A stretch of 64,000 bases of DNA, taken from the NCBI GenBank assembly GCA_951406725.2, contig OX597820.1, positions 37,262,001-37,326,000 on the forward strand, given 5' to 3'. Origin of the DNA: Octopus vulgaris (lineage: Eukaryota). The notes under the pieces are model-generated. The model made no database searches. It saw nothing but the letters and a program-made list of their open reading frames with translations, and was not told the DNA's origin. Shown here in pieces: positions 37,736 through 51,419 of the stretch (its first letter is position 1; every line of letters starts with the position of its first letter). Position numbers and translations under genes: made by a program.

Positions 37736-39719
37736 TGGGTGAGTAGGGATTGTAAGAATGTATGGGAGGGTGAGAGATGATTAGAGACAGAGAATGTAAA
37801 AAAATGGGGCATCAAAGCTATAATGGGTCACTGTCTAAATAGACTCTCAACCTGTTAGAAATCAACCTACATACTCATCAGATCACATGCTATCATCTTA
37901 AGAAAGGAAGGATATATTGTATCTTTATATATGTACTACAGTATAGAATACATTATCTTAAAATACTGTAGTCCTAGATATACTGTGTCTAAATTAAAAG
38001 ACAGGATAGTCTTAACTGAAATACTTGTGTTCATAAGTTTGCTGGATCAGAACTGACATGAGATTAAACAACAACCACAACATTATTCATACTTCCTTTT
38101 TTTCAAATAATTTACATTTATTTATTCTATCGATTTTACACTATAATTGTATAAACATTTCCTGAGACAATATTTCAGACAATTTTTACATAGCAATACC
38201 ATTCTTTAGACTATACACAGATATTATAGAAATAACTGATATAAATGGGTTTACTAAATCAATGTAACACAATGTGAGGTGAGAAACACCAGATAAACTA
38301 TCAAAGATTTTTCTCAGATTAGAGATTTAATTATATTGTTAACTGCATTGGTTATTAAAGTTACTACTGTTACTCATCAACTGATGATTAATTTTGGAAG
38401 TATTGTTTTGCCACTATGAATATCAGGAAATATGCCACATACATAATAATTATAATTTAACTTCAAATTTGTGGGTGTTTATACAATATGAAATATTTAT
38501 TAACTTTTTTTTAAAATGAAAACAAAATTATTCTCCATGTTGATTTCATTTGATAGAAGTTCACACACACTTACCCTGTGTGTATATACTCCCTCTCTTC
38601 CATCTCTATGATTCTCTAACATTGTGTGTAGTATTCAATTACTCATTGCTTGCAACCAGGCCTGGTATATGCACTTATCTTTCATTTAGCTTAACTCTGT
38701 ATCTCTCTCCCCATCTTTGTATATGATGTAAAATGAGACTGGAGAAACCAACATTTATACCAGCTATTATTATATAATGATTTTAAATTAACAATAATAA
38801 TTTTGCAGAGAAGAGTAAGGCTAAGGAGTGGGAGTCATACATTTTAAACTAGGACTACTTCTATTACATTGGTGTCTGCTTCTCAGAGCTGGCTGGATTC
38901 ATGTCAGTTCCAATCAGTCATTCACAACCCACTTGTTTCTCCTCTTCCTCCCCCTTGTCATGTCCAACCCTTTGGGTTCTACACTAATCAAAACTTCTAG
39001 TCCTTACTTCCCAGAATATTGGCCCTCTGGAATTCTCACTCTGTTCATGTCTTTCCCAAAGTGTTTACTTACAAAGGCTGAAGAGGAACATCAATGGTAT
39101 CAATATCACCAGCCTAGGGTTGCCTTTGAAGGCCATAAGCAATACTTCTTCCTCCAGACTCAGAAAATAAAAAAACAAAAAGAATTGTAAAGTCTCCTTT
39201 ATAAAATTCCTCCAGATTAATGGTTATAGTGCCAGTTCAGTATTTTGTGGAGAATTCTAGAATATAGTTTATAAAATGAGCTGCAGTCTCTATCTATTAT
39301 AGAAGGTAAAATTTAAACCCATCAGGAAATGGAGGTGTTACACTTTGGGAATGACAAATTTATAAGTCTATGTATGGATATTTTCATAGAAGAATTTTTC
39401 AACAACTTGTTAGATGTGTCATCTTACACCACACAAAGTTCTAGAAAATCAAGTATGCTAAATATAATTAAATATTTTATGACTTCAAAATTATTCTAAC
39501 TAAATAATATTATTGACACTATCTCTAACCACTTCTCTCAGCTTACTATAAATCCCAGTATAGCACATCTCCTATAGGAATTTTATTGGGGTAGTTTCTT
39601 TAGTACTCATATATATTATTCTTTGAGTAGATTTTTAAGTGTATTTATTTATGACTTGTTAAACTATCAATGCAACAATGTTTTCACAGTTGTAATACAG
39701 TAGAATAACTTCTGTATGG

Positions 39720-42700
39720 ATAGAACTGTCACCAGTCAAACCACAAATATCAGTGGCATGGTTTCATATTTGTGCTAGCATATTTGAGACAAGTTGTATC
39801 ACATGATTCCTGCAAAACATTTTACCATACATATCACCTGTATGAATATGTTTATAAGAAGTTAATAAACAGCTCAGTGCCTATTATATATGTATATCAA
39901 TGTTTGTGTTACACCCTATATGAATATGAATGCAGTAAATCAAATGTCAGCTCCAAATTAATGTATTATCAGAAATTCTTTTGGAGAGAAAACCTATAGA
40001 AAAATCAAACTTGTTTGATTGTGTTGGGTTGTCCGGAAAGTTCATGCTAATTTTTAAGGGAAATTAAAAGACAAAATAATATTATGCCATTAAATATTTA
40101 TTCAACTAAATATGAAACATTTTGTTGCATAACCTTTCCCATTTTACCTTCAAATTACAGATTCCATCTTCCCAGAATTTCGGTGGTTTCTTGGCAAAGG
40201 ACTCATTAAAGTTGTTTTTTATGTCCTCCAAAGAATTCAGATTTCTACCATTGAGATTATTTTGTAAGGACCTGCATAAATGAAAGTCCAAAGTTTGTGA
40301 AAGATATCATTGAATAACCTTTAATGCTTAGGAAAATCTAATGTATGAACTTAGGTGAATACTCGAGCAGTAACATTTGTAAAGTGAAAAAATGTTTTAC
40401 CAAAGGCATGCTTTCTCAACTGTGTGAATATATTTGCAACTAGTTAAATTATTATTCTCAGAGAATCTTTAACAAGTGATACCTTAGAAGTATGGTTTTT
40501 CACCTGTGTGAATACACAGGTGTTTAGATGAAATATTCTTTATATCTCACCAGAGATACTACAATGATATGATTTCTTTGCTATATATCTGTGATTAATT
40601 AGATGTGCACTAGGCAAAAGAGTTTTTACTACAGATTTAACATTGGTACAATTAGTTTTTAAGTTTTGTGTATACATTTGTAACTAGTCATATCATAAAT
40701 CTGAGAAAATGTTTTACCACAGATATCACAATGGTATGGTTTCTCTTCAGTATGAATATATTTATGATGATTTAGTGTAGAATTCTGTGAAAATGCTTTA
40801 TTACACATATCACAATGCTATGGTTTTTCACTAGTGTGGATACATTTATGATATGCTAAGGTACCACTCTATAAGAATTGTTTACAACATATATCACAGT
40901 AGTAAGGTTTCTCACCTGTGTGCAAACATGTGACTAGTCAAATATTCACTTTGAGAGAATATTTTATTACAGAAACCACAGTGATATGGTTTTTCTCCTG
41001 TGTGAATATGTTTATAGTATGATAATGCACAATGCTGTATGAATGTTTTCCCACAGATATCACACTGATAATACAGTGTCATACAAAATTGATGTAGCAC
41101 AACAGCAGCAGTACTTTCGTAAAATTTATAACACGTTGATTAGAGCATGATAGTAGTCACATTTTCATAAAATCTCTCTCATAGACAAGATTTTATACAT
41201 TTCCAAAACAAAACCCCAAGACAAACAAAAAAAAGTGATTTTTATGACATAGGTCTGTGACCAAAAATTGTTTCACCTTTATTGGTCGAATTGGATCAAT
41301 TTTTACTTGCTGATTTCAAAAATTACAAAGAAAGTATCTATAACGAGAATATTTAATGATCTCATGATGTCGCGCTCTTGAATGATTACCTACATGAACA
41401 GCAAATCTGACCAATTGTCTCTTCACATGGAAAGAAAATTCTTGAGATTCATGCTTTTATGCTAGTTAAGTAGTTGTCTAAATCACAGCAGACTGCAGCT
41501 GGTATTCAAGCAAGACAAACCACGGCTTTCTTCTCCAACAATTAACAATTTGTGGCACCTTTCTTTTCCCATTTCCAGATAGCTAATGACTAAGCCAATG
41601 CAGTAAAGCTATTCCTACTTACTATTCTGATAACCAGTGAACCTGCGATAATTTATGTATGACACATGCTTAATTTTTCTATCAATAAACCTATTGAATA
41701 TTTGAGAATTTGCTTTTGTTTACCTCATACAGCCAGCCTGATCTTACATTTAATTAAAAAGGATACAGCACCGATCTTTCTCACAACCAACTACACAATG
41801 ACAGTCTTCAGCAAACACAAATATGCAGGCTCATGACACCATTGTATCAACAACAAACTTTGTAAATGACATTAGTTTGAAAATCAAATTTGATGGAGAG
41901 AAACAAAATTCTTGGTAGATAGAAAATAAAAACAGTACCGCTAACAAGAAATTTAAATTGGGGATGTAGATTATCTAGAATGACAAAACTCCAATAGAAA
42001 TTTATTGAATGGCATCACCCCCACCATGACAAGCAACAGCATTATCACAACATCCAACTAGGTGTGCTTTTCCCACTTCTTTTATCAAACATTTGTGTTC
42101 ATAACAGTTCAGTTGTGTATGTAACATAAAAATATTATTCTCAGTAACCAATCACTTCCTCATTATTGCTTACTCTACCTATCATATGGTATGTAATGAA
42201 AACAAATTACATAAACATATCTCAGCTTGGTGCAAGCCCCATTTTATTGTCTCACTGAATTACTGTTCTCATACATATAATCTCCCCACACAGAGAATTA
42301 TTTTGTTAGCAGTAGAGGTTACAGCTTCTTCCATCTATTGTTTGCTGCTGAAACAAAGCTTTCACTTGTTCAGCATCTGTTAGTAAAATATCCGATTTGT
42401 TCAGTTTTCAGTCCTAAACCTTTCACATTGAATGTTATTTTATAGTCTAAGAGGAATACGAATATACATATTGCTAGTTGAACTTCAATTATGTGTGAAT
42501 CATTGGCCAAAGACATCACTGTAGAATGGTTTTTTTCCTCAATGAAAATTCGTTTATGTAGAGTTAAAGAACCATTGAAAGTATGTCTTATCACAGATAT
42601 GACAGTTATATGGCTTCTCCTCTGAGTGAATATTCATATGAATGATTAGATTACAATTGTGAAAGAATGTTTTACTGCACAGCGGTATGGTTTCTCTCCC

Positions 42701-42830
42701 GTGTGAATATATGTTACTGGTTAAACTACGATTTTGTGCTAATGTTTTATCAGTTTTCTCCATGGTATGGTTTCTCACCAATGTGAATATGTTTGTGGTG
42801 TACTATTATTCTACTTTCAAAAAATATATT
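39720..42830 (-). pseudogene. fragmented decayed C2H2-ZNF array (pieces ~39720-39990, 40380-41080, 42480-42830)
   Basis: [49 protein letters not shown] and IIHMNIHSEEKPYNCHICDKT, with many stops and frameshifts; interrupted by insertions. Confidence 0.78.
40022..40290 (-). mobile_element. mariner transposase C-terminal remnant with TIR
   Basis: DFHLCRSLQNNLNG..F..KPPKFWEDGI..L..KW resembles the mariner C-terminus (DYHLFRSLQN.L.G); TTGGGTTGTCCGGAAAGTTC TIR-like end. Confidence 0.75.
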
Positions 42831-42839
42831 TTACCATAA

Positions 42840-43355
42840 GCTGGGGAGTTGCACCAGACTCCAGTCTCATTTGCCATGGCTTCTATGGCTGGATGCCCTT
42901 CCAAATGCCAACCACTTTATGGAGTGTACTGGGTGCTTTTATGTGGCAGTGCACAGGCACTTTTACATGGCACCACATGGGTGCTTTTACGTGGCACTGC
43001 CATGAGTGCTTTTCATCACCAGAGGATCTAGTCTTAACGCTTCTAGAGTACAGGTCTTCTTGAGTACAACGAGGTTCAGTGTTCTGAGGTTGTTCTTCAG
43101 TACTTTATGCCATATCTTGCTGGGTTTCCCACATCAAGGTGTTCTATCTACTTTAAAAGATCAGCACTTCTTTATGGAGCTATTGTCATTCATCTGCATC
43201 ACATGACTTAACCAGTGCAGTCTTTTCTCTTGCACACAGCAACTAATCCCTTTTATACCTAACTTCTCTCTCAAAACACTAGCACTGTCAAACATGTATA
43301 CTTACATTACACATCCAGCAGAGCCTACTAGCCTCATACAATCTTCCTTTTACTT
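42840..43355 (-). mobile_element. degenerate RTE fragment
   Basis: GCTGGATGCCCTTCC tail and ACCAGTGCAGTCTTTTCTCTTGCACAC ORF remnant. Confidence 0.65.
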
Positions 43356-43379
43356 GGAGAGAGAAACCTTTATACACAC

Positions 43380-43625
43380 ACACATATAACGCTTTCTCTC
43401 TCCGAGTGAAAGGAAGATTGTATTATGCTGCATATATATATATGGTTAAAAAAAGGGACAGAGACAAGTAACGGAACAATAAACAAGGTGTATTAGTTTG
43501 ATGTTCAGGAAAAATGGAAGTCTTTGACGTTTTGAGCCTACATTTTTCTGTGGAAAGGAACAGAAAGAGAAAACGGATGGAGAGAGGAAAAAGAAATGGA
43601 GAAAAAATTTGAAAGGATTAATGGT
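43380..43625. mobile_element. possible Penelope-like terminal remnant
   Basis: Minus-strand GTAGGCTCAAAACGTC resembles a decayed hammerhead stem II-GAAAC-GTC end; weak evidence. Confidence 0.3.
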
Positions 43626-43659
43626 TGCATATGCTAAATTTGAATATATCTTGCCAACA

Positions 43660-43875
43660 TATGTCCAGTCAAATTCTACAGACTGTATATATCCAGTCAA
43701 CAACTACAGACTATATATATTTATCCAGTCAACATCTACAAACTGTATATGTCCATTCAACTTCTAAAGACTATATATATCCCGTCAATATCTACAGACT
43801 ATATATCCTGTTGACATCTACAAACTGTATCCAATCAATATCTACAGATCTGTAGATGTTTGATCAACATCTAAT
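43660..43875. repeat. ~30-bp minisatellite (TATATCCAGTCAACATCTACAGAC-like), ~6-7 units
   Basis: Directly visible repeats. Confidence 0.8.
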
Positions 43876-44099
43876 ATATATATATATTTATGCAGACTGT
43901 GTATTAGAAATGTGTAGGCTGGTCAGGAAATGTCAGTCCCAATTTTACTTTTTATTGATCTAAATTTAAAGTCAAATACGTTTCATTAATATAAACTATT
44001 CCAACATTATCTTTAAATGATTTGTTCAAATGCTTCAGCTGTTTTGTTGTTAGGTGCCACAACATAGTGAAAAATACTGGATATAGGTGAGAGCTATAG

Positions 44100-44590
44100 A
44101 ATAGATTTTGTATTGTAAAATTAGTAAAAACTATACTTTAATCATGATATTCTTTTAGGAGCATGTGTGCATGATATCATTTGTGTATGCAACTGTTGGT
44201 ATATTTTGTGGGACTGTAAGGTTATGTAGATGTAACTAAGTAAATGGCTGGATCTACGTGGTGCTTTTTCCAGAAAATTTTTAAGTTCTAAAAGTGATAT
44301 GATCTGACAAGTTGTTTACTGCTCAGCATTTTATGTTGGTATTGTGTATTTTCGTGGATAGCAGGAAATTGAGTCAAAAGCTTTGATGAAATTTGTGGCA
44401 ATTAGAATAGGTTTCAATGTTGGCTTCATTATTGTAGTGGACATAAATTTTCTGTATTAGATTTATGTGTAGTGGTCTGAATCTGAATTGTGAATTGGAG
44501 GAGTTGTGTGGATTAGTAATAAGGATTAGCTTTTCTGAGATTTTTATAAATGTATATACATCTACTAACAACACTTGAAGACCAACACAG
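44100..44590 (-). mobile_element. degenerate non-LTR RT remnant
   Basis: KISEKLI..NSQFRFRP (cf. QFGFRP) and LIATNFIKAFDSI (cf. LD..KAFD) motifs. Confidence 0.55.
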
Positions 44591-45065
44591 TGTTAAACTT
44601 GATATTGTCAGCAATAGAAATAAGAACAGTTAAAAAGCTTCCACATAAAATCAGTCTATGAAATTTCACTCACAAGATTTTAGTCATCCTGAGACTATGA
44701 TGCAAGACACCTTGCCAGAGGTGCCGATCTGGGGAGATCAAACCAAAGATCACAGCAGCAAGCAAAATCTTTTTAACCACACAGCTATGCCATCATTTTA
44801 TCAGTTTTATAATTCACCTTTGGGGACATATCATTATCATCATTGTTTTAACATTCACTTTTCCATGCTTTCATGGGTTGGATGGAGTTTATTGAGGCAG
44901 ATTTTCTAAGACTAGTTGCTCTTCCTGTCACCAATCCTAACCTGTTTCAAAACAAGTTAAAATTAGGGTTAGATGTGTTTTTGCAGAATAAATGATACTG
45001 CTCGTATGAAAGTAACACTCATTTACAATTGTCACATGATGTTAAGACAAGGAGACAAACACACA

Positions 45066-45817
45066 CATCATCATCATCATAGTTTAACGTCCGCTTTCCA
45101 TGCTAGCATGGATTGGACGGTTCAACTGGGGTCTGAGAAGCCAGAAGGCTGCACCAGGCCCAGTCTGATTTGGCAGTGTTTCTACAGCTGGATGCCCTTC
45201 CTAACACCAACCATTCCGTGATTGTAGTAGGTGCTTTTTATGTGCCACCGGCACTGATGCCAGACGAGGCTGGCAATGGCCACACTGGTATCACAGCTAC
45301 AATTTCCATTGAAGTTGATCGATTTCGATTTTGATTTTCACTTGCCTCAACAGGTCTTCACAAGTAGAGCTTTGTGTCCCAAGAAGGAAAGGTATGCATT
45401 AGTGGACTGGCTACATCCCAGGTAGAGGCCACGGGTTATGGTCTCATTTGTCCTGCCGGGTCTTCTCACGCATAGCATACTTCCAAAGGTCTCAGTCTCT
45501 AGTCATTTCCTTGGTGAGACCTAAAGTTCGAAGGTCGTGCTTCACCACCTTGTCCCAGGTTTTCCTAGGTCTACCTCTTCCACAGGTTCCCTCATCCGCT
45601 AGGGTGTGGCACTTTTTCACACAACTATCTTCATCCATTCTCACTACATGACCATACCAGCCAAACATCTCTCTTGCACACCACAACTGATGCTTCTTAG
45701 GTCCAACTTTTCTCTCAAGGTACTTACACTCTGTCGAGTATGAACACTGACATTACACATCCATCGGAGCATACTGGCTTCATTTCTCGCAAGCTTATGC
45801 ATATCCTCAGCAGTCAC
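45066..45817 (-). mobile_element. 5'-truncated RTE LINE
   Basis: VTAEDMHKLARNEASMLRWMC..WYGHVVRM..GRGRPRKTW; (ATC)n tail; same family as 6785-7869. Confidence 0.88.
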
Positions 45818-45994
45818 ACACACACATATATATATATTGAACATCCAGTAAACTTAGGAAGGGTATCTGGCTGTAGAAACTTTGCCAAAGTAGATGCTGG
45901 AGACCAATGCAGCCTTCATGCTAGTTGAACTGCCAAACTGTCCAACCCATGCTAGCTGCTAGCACAGAACACAGACGTGTGTATATAAATATAT

Positions 45995-46541
45995 ATATAA
46001 TGGACTTCATTCAGTCGCCATCCACCAAATCCACTCACAGGGCTTTGGTCAGCCTGAGGCTATAGTAGAAGACACTTCAACAAGTTGACACACAGTGAGA
46101 CTGAATCCCAAACCATCTAATTGGGAAGTAGATTTCTTAATCACGCAGTCACATTGCAGTGCTATATATCATCATCAATGATCACTTTTCCATGCTTGCA
46201 TGAGTCAGACAGAATTTGTCAAAGCAGAGTTTCTACAGCTTGATGCCCTTTCTGCTGCCATCCCTTGCCTGTTTCCATGCAAAATATTCCCTCATTGCCA
46301 TTTTCATGGAGGATTGGTAATGAACAACATTGCTTGTTTGTTAGTGCTGTTTATTTATAATCATCATGATATTAAGACAATGGTACAAACACACCCAGGT
46401 TTCTTTCAGTTTCCATCTATCAAATCCACACACAAGGCTTTGGTTGGCCTGGGGCTATAGTAGAAGACACTTGCATAAAGTATTATGTAGTGGAATGAAC
46501 CTAAGTTTGGTTGGGAAGTAAGTTTTCCAATCACACAGTTA

Positions 46542-46545
<4 letters not shown>
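45995..46545 (-). mobile_element. two degenerate SINE family A copies
   Basis: Reverse of AAGTGTCTTCTACTATAGCC..GACCAAAGCC core appears twice. Confidence 0.65.
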
Positions 46546-46577
<32 letters not shown>

Positions 46578-46849
46578 AATAGTCTAGTTTATGAAATGTG
46601 TGAGTGTATATATGAATAAAATAAATATTCTGAGAGAATGGTTCACTACAGAACTCAATGGTTATGTTGTAAGTCCCAGATTGTTGCTGTTAGATCTAAC
46701 ATATGATGGAAGTTATTCCAACAGTACAGTATGACCTTTCTTTATTAAGATGGTGTGATGTGGTTTGCAATAGAAATGACTGCTATTTCCATCAGATTGT
46801 GTGATCCATGAGTAAGTTTGAAAGTAGTTCAGTTATGATTGATATTTAC

Positions 46850-47522
46850 TACAAATATCACAATGGCATTGACTCACACCACTGACACTGCATTTGTGAG
46901 CAGTAAAAATAGGTTTATGAGATAATGTTTTAGCCCAGACACTACAGTAGCTTGGTTTCTTGTGTAACTATGTATATTTCTGAATTGCTAAGTCAATATC
47001 ACAAGCGAAGGTTTTATCACAGATATTAGTGGTATGATTACTAACTAATATGAGCATGTATATAATGAATTAAGCGAAAATTCTGAGAAAGAATATTTTA
47101 CTACAGTTATCACAGTGGTATACTTTCTCACCAGCATGAGTACATATGTAACAGATCGATTGAGAATTCCGAGAAAGTATTTTACTACAAATATCACAGT
47201 GGTACGGCTCCTAACCTGTGTGAGTATGTGACAAATTAATTGAAAACTCTGAGAGAATATTTTACAACAGATATTATAGTGTTATGATTTTTTTCATTTG
47301 TGTGAGCATATTTGTGAACAGTCAAGTTATCGTTACATGTGAAACCTTTAGCACATATATCATATTTGTTTAACATGTGTGTAAGTATGTATGTGAGGAT
47401 TTAGACAAAAATTCTGAGAAAATGGTTTACCACAAACATCACAGTGGTAAGGTTTTTGATTTGTATGAGTATGTATATGAAGAGTTAAGTGAGAGTTCTT
47501 AGAAAATGATTTACCACAGATA
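46850..47522 (-). pseudogene. out-of-frame and decaying zinc fingers after the gene 4 stop
   Basis: In an alternate frame [48 protein letters not shown], then progressively more degenerate units. Confidence 0.85.
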
Positions 47523-48632
47523 TCACATTGGTTTAGCATCTGTGTGAGTACGTATGTGACGAGTTAAACAAAAATTCTGAGAAAATGATTTACCACAAAT
47601 GCCACAGTGGTAAGGTTTTTCATTTGTATGAGTACGCATATGAAGAGTTAAGCGAGAGTTCTGAGAAAATGATTTACCACAGATATCACAGTGGAATAGA
47701 CTCTTACTAGTATGAGTACATTTGTGAACAGTCAAGTCATCATTACACAAAAATGCTTCACCACAAATATCACACTGGTACTGTTTGTCAGTGTGAGTAC
47801 GTATGTGACAATTTAAAAGTGAACTCTGTGAAAATGTTTCACCACAGACTTTACAGCGATATGGTTTTTCACCTGTGTGAGTACGCATGTGACTAATTAA
47901 GTGAGAATTCTGAGTAAATGTTTTATCACAGACATCACAGTGGTATGGTTTTTCACCTGTGTGGATACGAATGTGTCGAGTCAAATGTTCTTTCCGGGAA
48001 AATGTTTCTGCACAGATATCACAATGGTATGGTTTTTCACCTGAATGAGTACGCTTATGACGTTGTAAGTAGTAATTTTCAGAAAATATTTTACCACAAA
48101 TATCACAGTGGTGTGGTTTCTCACCTGTGTGAGTACGTATGTGACGAGTTAGGTGATAATTCTTAGAAAATGTTTTACCACAGGTGTCACATTGGTATGA
48201 TTTTTCACCTGTGTGTGTACAATTGTGAACAGTCAAGTCATCTTTACAAGAGAATGTTAAACCACAGTTATAACACTGGTATTGCTTCTCACCTTTGTGA
48301 GTACATATATGAAGAGTTAAATTAGAATTCTGAGAAAATGTTTTGCCACAGACATCACAGCAATATGGTTTTATAACTTTGTGAGTAAGTTTGTGAGATG
48401 AAAAGGAACTGTCTGTTGTAAAAACTTTGTCACAAATTTCACAATGATAAACATTTGAAATTGTGTGGAGTGATTTGTGTTCTCCAATATCTTTATATTT
48501 TGTCACTGTCTTCCCTTTGATATCACAGTGGTATGATTTCTTCCCTACATCTTCCTTACTTTGGTGAAGAAACTTGTTATTTTCACATTGAGTTTCAGCA
48601 TAGTCCTGATTCTCACATACTCTCTCCTCCAT
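47523..48632 (-). CDS. tandem C2H2 zinc-finger protein (11 canonical fingers plus 1 degenerate)
   Basis: 369-aa ORF with TGEKPY linkers; upstream acceptor TTTCAG|G at 49183. Confidence 0.94.
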   Translation of the reverse strand: MEERVCENQDYAETQCENNKFLHQSKEDVGKKSYHCDIKGKTVTKYKDIGEHKSLHTISNVYHCEICDKVFTTDSSFSSHKLTHKVIKPYCCDVCGKTFSQNSNLTLHICTHKGEKQYQCYNCGLTFSCKDDLTVHNCTHTGEKSYQCDTCGKTFSKNYHLTRHIRTHTGEKPHHCDICGKIFSENYYLQRHKRTHSGEKPYHCDICAETFSRKEHLTRHIRIHTGEKPYHCDVCDKTFTQNSHLISHMRTHTGEKPYRCKVCGETFSQSSLLNCHIRTHTDKQYQCDICGEAFLCNDDLTVHKCTHTSKSLFHCDICGKSFSQNSRLTLHMRTHTNEKPYHCGICGKSFSQNFCLTRHIRTHTDAKPM

Positions 48633-49619
48633 AGTGTCATTTGTTGCTCACAAGATATGATTTTGTCTTTTATCTCAGTTTTAAGTTAAATTGTGTGTTT
48701 TATAAGATGTAGTGATGTACTAGGCTACTGAGCACAAGGTAATAAGATCAAAACTTACTGATAGTCAAACAGTATATTTTATCTAACAATAAAAATCAAA
48801 GTTTGAAAATTTCTGTGGTTATGCGGTGGATATAAATAAATATCTTTCAAACTTTTTAAAGGACACATTAATTCTCCAAAATTTGAATTATTCTAAATAC
48901 AACGAACCATCCTAAACATGATAGTATTCAATCTAGTTTTAAAAATATATTCAGATCCATAAGGTATCACACATAAGGCTAGTAAAGTTTTCTACTAAAG
49001 TTCAACCATTAAACAAAATCATCCATGAAATGTATATCAAATCAACTTCAAAAAATTTCTGTCAAGTCAGATAATCTCTGTTGCATGATATTTTCAAGGA
49101 GTAAATCTTCAGTGTTTCATATCGTTCCTTAATCCGTTGATGTCTTCTGTGAAAAATTGTCATATCAATGTAACCAGATAACCTGAAATACAGAGATAGT
49201 ATCATACATAAGAGACAATTTAATGTCAACAGAAAGGGTGGTAGAGATATATTTCACCAGAAATACTGAAAGATATTATGAGAGAGAGAGAGAAAATTTC
49301 TACAAAGATATATAGTAAGAAAATCTGTTAGGTCACTTGATTTAATTTCAAAGATTTTAATGAAGAGGTACACCTTTTATTTTCCATATTTGGAATGCTA
49401 CGAAGGTTCCCTTTATTACAAGTGATATAATGGTATGATTTTTACTTTCACTCTTAAGAACAGAGACATGAAATACTATGCCAAAATCACTGTTGTTAAT
49501 ATCTTCAATATACACATTTCTTCATACATTTCCACTCTGTCCTTAACAAACTAAAGAATCAGTTAAACTACTGGCCTTTGTGATACTCTTATTAGCCTCA
49601 ATGAATACAACAGAGAGAT

Positions 49620-50090
49620 AATAATAATTATTATTATAATTGAGTGAGAGAGCAGTGCATACCATCAAAGCCCAGTATACCCTTCATGACAACCTGTCTG
49701 ATAAGGGTACATCAGGCACATGTATCACAACCATATGTGCAAGACATGGTGATCTCATATCAAGATAAACAGCACATGACCTTGCAGGTGGGGCCCAGTT
49801 TGAATTTCCTTCGGGTCAAGTAGCTCATCCTACTCAAATGGTCCTTGTTGAACAAAACACCTAAGTTTCCATACCCACCAAAATTCCTCTCAACACATGG
49901 CTATGATGCTCCCCCACTACTTCTGCTCGTGATCAGAGATGCACATATCGTCAGCCCCAAAGGAACATGCTCAACTGGTGAAGGTCAAACAACTGACAAG
50001 TAAATCTGTAGTATTGAGCAGAATATTTGCTGTAGCCCATCTTTTATACCATGACAAAACATTATTATTATTATTATTATTCTTATTATG
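49620..50090 (-). repeat. interspersed repeat, probably a LINE 3' end, bounded by (AAT/ATT)n
   Basis: GC-richer block flanked by trinucleotide tails; family not identifiable from sequence alone. Confidence 0.35.
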
Positions 50091-50404
50091 CCTAACCTTG
50101 AAGTAGAAATTTTTTTTTCCAAAAGAAATATTTTGGATATATGATTTAATAACAAAATGTTGATCAATAAGAACAAAAAATATTTAAAACAGAAAACAAT
50201 AAATTGTAAATAGTAGAGAGTTGGCCAAAGATTTCTATGACCGTGTAGGAATTTTAATTGATGAATTTTCTTTGTTTCATAGTTTCTGACCTGACGCATT
50301 GTTACTCTCAGGCTTACTTTTGTAACCCTCAACTCACTATAGACAATATTAGGCTGCACTGGACTGGCAATCTTTTGTTTTGAGAACAGTTTACATCGCT
50401 TCTT

Positions 50405-51280
50405 AAAGCATGTAGGTTTATTTATGTTTCTGAACAAGATCATCGCTTTCCGTAAAAGTTTTTTATTTTATTTACTTATGTGGTAGAAGACAGGAAGAGG
50501 GGACTTACCGTTAGAAGTCAGCGTAAAAGGGGAAGAGAGAGAGAGCAATTAGAACAGGGGACTATCTTTTGAAGTCATCGTGAAGTGGAGGAATTGATGT
50601 GTGTGTGTGTTTGATGGGGTGTGCAAGACAGAGTGAGCAATGGTGCTGGTGTGTGAGTGATTGAGAGTGAGAGAGATAACTGATTTATTTACTTTTTGTA
50701 GTGAGTGAATGTGTGAGTGATTGACAGAGAAAAAGAGAGAGAGAGGTTGCTATGTATGTATGAATGTAAGTGTGAATGGCTTCAGTGACACACAGAAACA
50801 CGTACGCCTATTGCATACGTTCTTTTGCATACATGTTCATGTGCGTTTGAGGGAGAGAGAAGGTATGTTTTTTTTGTTTTTGCTAGTTGTTTGCATGTAT
50901 GTTTATGTAACGGTCTGCTCTGTATAACAACAAGCAAAAACAAAAAACATACCTTCTCTCTCTCTCTCAATCACACACACACACACACACACCAGCACCA
51001 TTGCTCTCTCTGTCTCTTCACACACTAACAAAACAACTTCACATACACACCACACTTTCTGTCTCGCACACCCCATCAAATGCACACATTAATTCTTCTG
51101 CTTCATGCAGACTTCAAAAGATAGTCCACTGTTCTAATTGCTCTCCCTCTCTCTCTTTCCCTTTTACACTGACTTCAAAAGGTAAGTCAACCCTCCCCCT
51201 CCACATAAGTAAAAAAATAAAAATTTTTTACAGAAAGCCACGATCTTGTTCAGAAACATAAACTAACCCATGTGGTCAAG
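50405..51280. mobile_element. ~870-bp foldback/MITE element
   Basis: TTTATGTTTCTGAACAAGATC..GCAATTAGAACAGGGGACTATCTTTTGAAGTC is mirrored by GACTTCAAAAGATAGTCCACTGTTCTAATTGC..GATCTTGTTCAGAAACATAAA; second inner hairpin at 50850-50965. Confidence 0.82.
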
Positions 51281-51419
51281 AGTTAACATTTACGATACTG
51301 AAAACGAAACCTTTAACAATTCTAAACTACCACATTTATATCTGTAATGTGAGTGTCAATAACAATCTGTAACTACTGCTGCACCATTACATCAAACCCA
51401 ATATGTGATAGTACATGGC

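Noticed and set aside
41340-41900. Possible THAP/DNA-transposon remnant (HCVVGC-like translation on the minus strand)
   Set aside because: The motif is too short and degenerate to support a call.
49985-50443. 152-aa ORF and other short AT-rich ORFs in the track
   Set aside because: Low-complexity I/L/F/K-rich translations that cross repeat boundaries; consistent with chance ORFs.
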